From NCBI GenBank assembly GCA_044226015.1, contig JBGAHS010000001.1, forward strand, positions 1,056,001 to 1,120,000: 64,000 nt of DNA, in the 5' to 3' direction. The stretch comes from Candidatus Obscuribacteraceae bacterium (lineage in GTDB: Bacteria; Cyanobacteriota; Vampirovibrionia; Obscuribacterales; Obscuribacteraceae). The notes under the pieces were generated by a model. That model made no database searches. It saw nothing but the letters and a program-made list of their open reading frames with translations, and was not told the DNA's origin. Shown in pieces: positions 62,196 through 64,000 of the stretch (position 1 is the stretch's first letter; every line of letters begins with the position of its first letter). Made by a program: the position numbers and the translations under genes.

Positions 62196-63296
62196 CTATT
62201 TTTTCTTCTTCTTCTTGCTGCTTGCTGGCTTGTCTTTAGTCGCGTCGCCTGTGTTCTCGCTCTTCTCTGTCGATTTCTGGCCCGGTGCGGGTCCTTTGAG
62301 TGAGTACATGTACTTCTGGTTCCATGCAATTTCAGGGTCGTCTGGCGCAATTTTTAGCGCGGTGTCGATTTCTTTTCTAGCGTTGTCTCTGTCGCCCTTG
62401 TAGAACATCGCAACAGCTTTGTAGTAATGCCCATTTGCATTCATCGGGTCGATATCGAGCGCTTTGTTGTATTGATTCATCGCTTCATCGAAATCACCAC
62501 GAGCAGCATAAGCGCGCCCCAGATTTACTCGTGCGGGAGCGAAATCTTCTAGATTTGCGACTAGCTCTTCGTAGTCATTAAGCGCTTCTTTGTCTTTTTT
62601 CGCTGCAGCCATTTTAAATTCTTCGGCATATTTGTCTTTGATTTTTGGTTTCGGTCCGTAAATCAGCGCCTCTGGTTTAGGTGTTAGTTTTGCAGGAACA
62701 CCTTTAATTGCGCCGAGATCCACATCGGCAAATGTTCGTCGGTCGCCTGCAGGCACTGAGCCAGGAAGCTCAACAATTCCTTCTTTCAGAGTGGTGTCAG
62801 AAGGGTCTGCAATTCTGTAGCTGACTTTTATGTGTCGAATTGGTGCAGGGTTGAGGTTGATGACCTGTACATTCACAACTGCTGTTGTATCTTTGACTGT
62901 CGGTTTCTCGAAGTTCACATCAATGTTTTCCATCGCAGAAACATTGTCGTAATTGATGATGTAATTGACGAGATAGTACATCGCGCCAGCAGTGCCGATG
63001 CCGAGCAAAGCAATTATCAGGTTGAACAGTTTGGTTTTTGCACCACCAACTTTGTCCGACTTTGCATGATTGACGAAAAAGTTTGTTTTGAGTCCGCCAG
63101 CGTGACCCGCCTTACTCAGCTCTGACTCTTTCAGTGTGGGCTCAACGCCAAGCGAACGAAGTCCGTTAATCGCATCCTGATTATCAGGGTCGAGATCTAA
63201 GACTGCTTCGTACTCACGAATGGCGTCATCTGATTGCCCCTGGAAATGGAGTCTCTTAGCTGTTTTTAGATGCTCCAGAGCAGACCGTTCCGACAT
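62196..63296 (-). CDS. TPR-containing membrane protein
   Basis: N- and C-terminal TPRs (NLGRAYAARGDFDEA), one TM, central beta-sandwich-like region. Confidence 0.8.
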   Translation of the reverse strand: MSERSALEHLKTAKRLHFQGQSDDAIREYEAVLDLDPDNQDAINGLRSLGVEPTLKESELSKAGHAGGLKTNFFVNHAKSDKVGGAKTKLFNLIIALLGIGTAGAMYYLVNYIINYDNVSAMENIDVNFEKPTVKDTTAVVNVQVINLNPAPIRHIKVSYRIADPSDTTLKEGIVELPGSVPAGDRRTFADVDLGAIKGVPAKLTPKPEALIYGPKPKIKDKYAEEFKMAAAKKDKEALNDYEELVANLEDFAPARVNLGRAYAARGDFDEAMNQYNKALDIDPMNANGHYYKAVAMFYKGDRDNARKEIDTALKIAPDDPEIAWNQKYMYSLKGPAPGQKSTEKSENTGDATKDKPASSKKKKKK

Positions 63297-63318
63297 TCTT
63301 TGTCTCCCTTATTAGAAC

Positions 63319-64000
63319 TTACTGACCGCTCGGCGCGCGGAAATTGTTCACATAATCCAATCTTAGCTTGCCATCGTTATCCTGGTAATACTGTTGCAAA
63401 ATTTGGTCGAAACGCCAGCCTTTCATTGCCAGCATGTTGGCCCCGTGTTGGCTGAGTCCGCGGGCGCCGTTTCCTGGACCTCGGTAGGTGAATATCCAGT
63501 TGCTTCCCGACTCTTGAACGTCAAGAATGCCGGCGGTGCTGAAGCCCAGCATCTTTGCCAGTGCGACTCCGTAGACTTCTCGGGACTTCTTATAGCCCAT
63601 AACCTGTATGGAGTCAGCGTTTCCGGTGTTAGGGTCCCAGCGCTTTATAGTGACGCCTACAATCTTGGGCACGCCTGTTATTTTCTCCAGCAAAACCTTG
63701 CTGACTACCGATTTGCGGATGTTCAGGTTCTCCATTTCATCGCCTACCCAGGCGCGATAGAAACCTGGCTTTACTTTGCCGGAGTCTTTCAGAATCAGCC
63801 CTCTGGTCATCATGACTGCCTGGAACGTGCTCGCTGCTTCGCGTCCCATGCCTTTGTAAGCCTGGTCTCGCACATCGGGAACCAAGTCAAAGCCTTCACT
63901 TTTCCACTTCGAGCCAGTTCCCATATGGGCCCAGGCATAACTGCGTGCTGCTACTGCCTGTGCTTTCAGAGCCTCGGGATGCCAACTGGCAGGCATTTCT
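63319..64000 (-). CDS. SpoIID/LytB-domain protein, partial (5' end outside window)
   Basis: EMPASWHPEALKAQAVAARSY, DQAYKG, GLSQHGA, ILQQYY. Confidence 0.9.
   Translation of the reverse strand, partial: EMPASWHPEALKAQAVAARSYAWAHMGTGSKWKSEGFDLVPDVRDQAYKGMGREAASTFQAVMMTRGLILKDSGKVKPGFYRAWVGDEMENLNIRKSVVSKVLLEKITGVPKIVGVTIKRWDPNTGNADSIQVMGYKKSREVYGVALAKMLGFSTAGILDVQESGSNWIFTYRGPGNGARGLSQHGANMLAMKGWRFDQILQQYYQDNDGKLRLDYVNNFRAPSGQ

Overview
Gene-dense bacterial chromosome segment, mostly housekeeping. It carries a partial xer recombinase, rpsF-ssb-rpsR, tRNA-Leu(CAG), infC, rpmI-rplT, a TrmH methyltransferase, tatC, glcF, RNase D, gcvPB, katG, rph, gpmI, phoR/phoB/phoU-like genes, holA and serA, with many lineage-specific hypotheticals in between. 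The proteins look cyanobacteria-like but no photosynthesis gene is present, which suggests a non-photosynthetic relative (Vampirovibrionia/Melainabacteria); this is inference only. I saw no CRISPR array, transposase, prophage or rRNA. The most striking unexplained element is at 21.56-22.29 kb: two tandem 59-aa genes missed by the ORF track. They differ at 10 synonymous and 2 non-synonymous codons, each has position-conserved, 11-bp-phased GGGTCA boxes and a -10-like hexamer upstream, and a G-rich 16-bp tandem array lies between them. Other items worth checking: a two-component + RND cassette between infC and rpmI; structured RNA candidates around rpmI; a degenerate 17-bp array at 59.9-60.1 kb next to a toxin-like patatin fusion; a stand-alone four-repeat MshEN-like protein; a pair of RlaP-type nucleotidyltransferases; a REC-zinc ribbon-Ser/Thr kinase; and an apparently inactivated NlpC/P60-like protein. 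All family calls come from motif recognition by eye; no searches were run.
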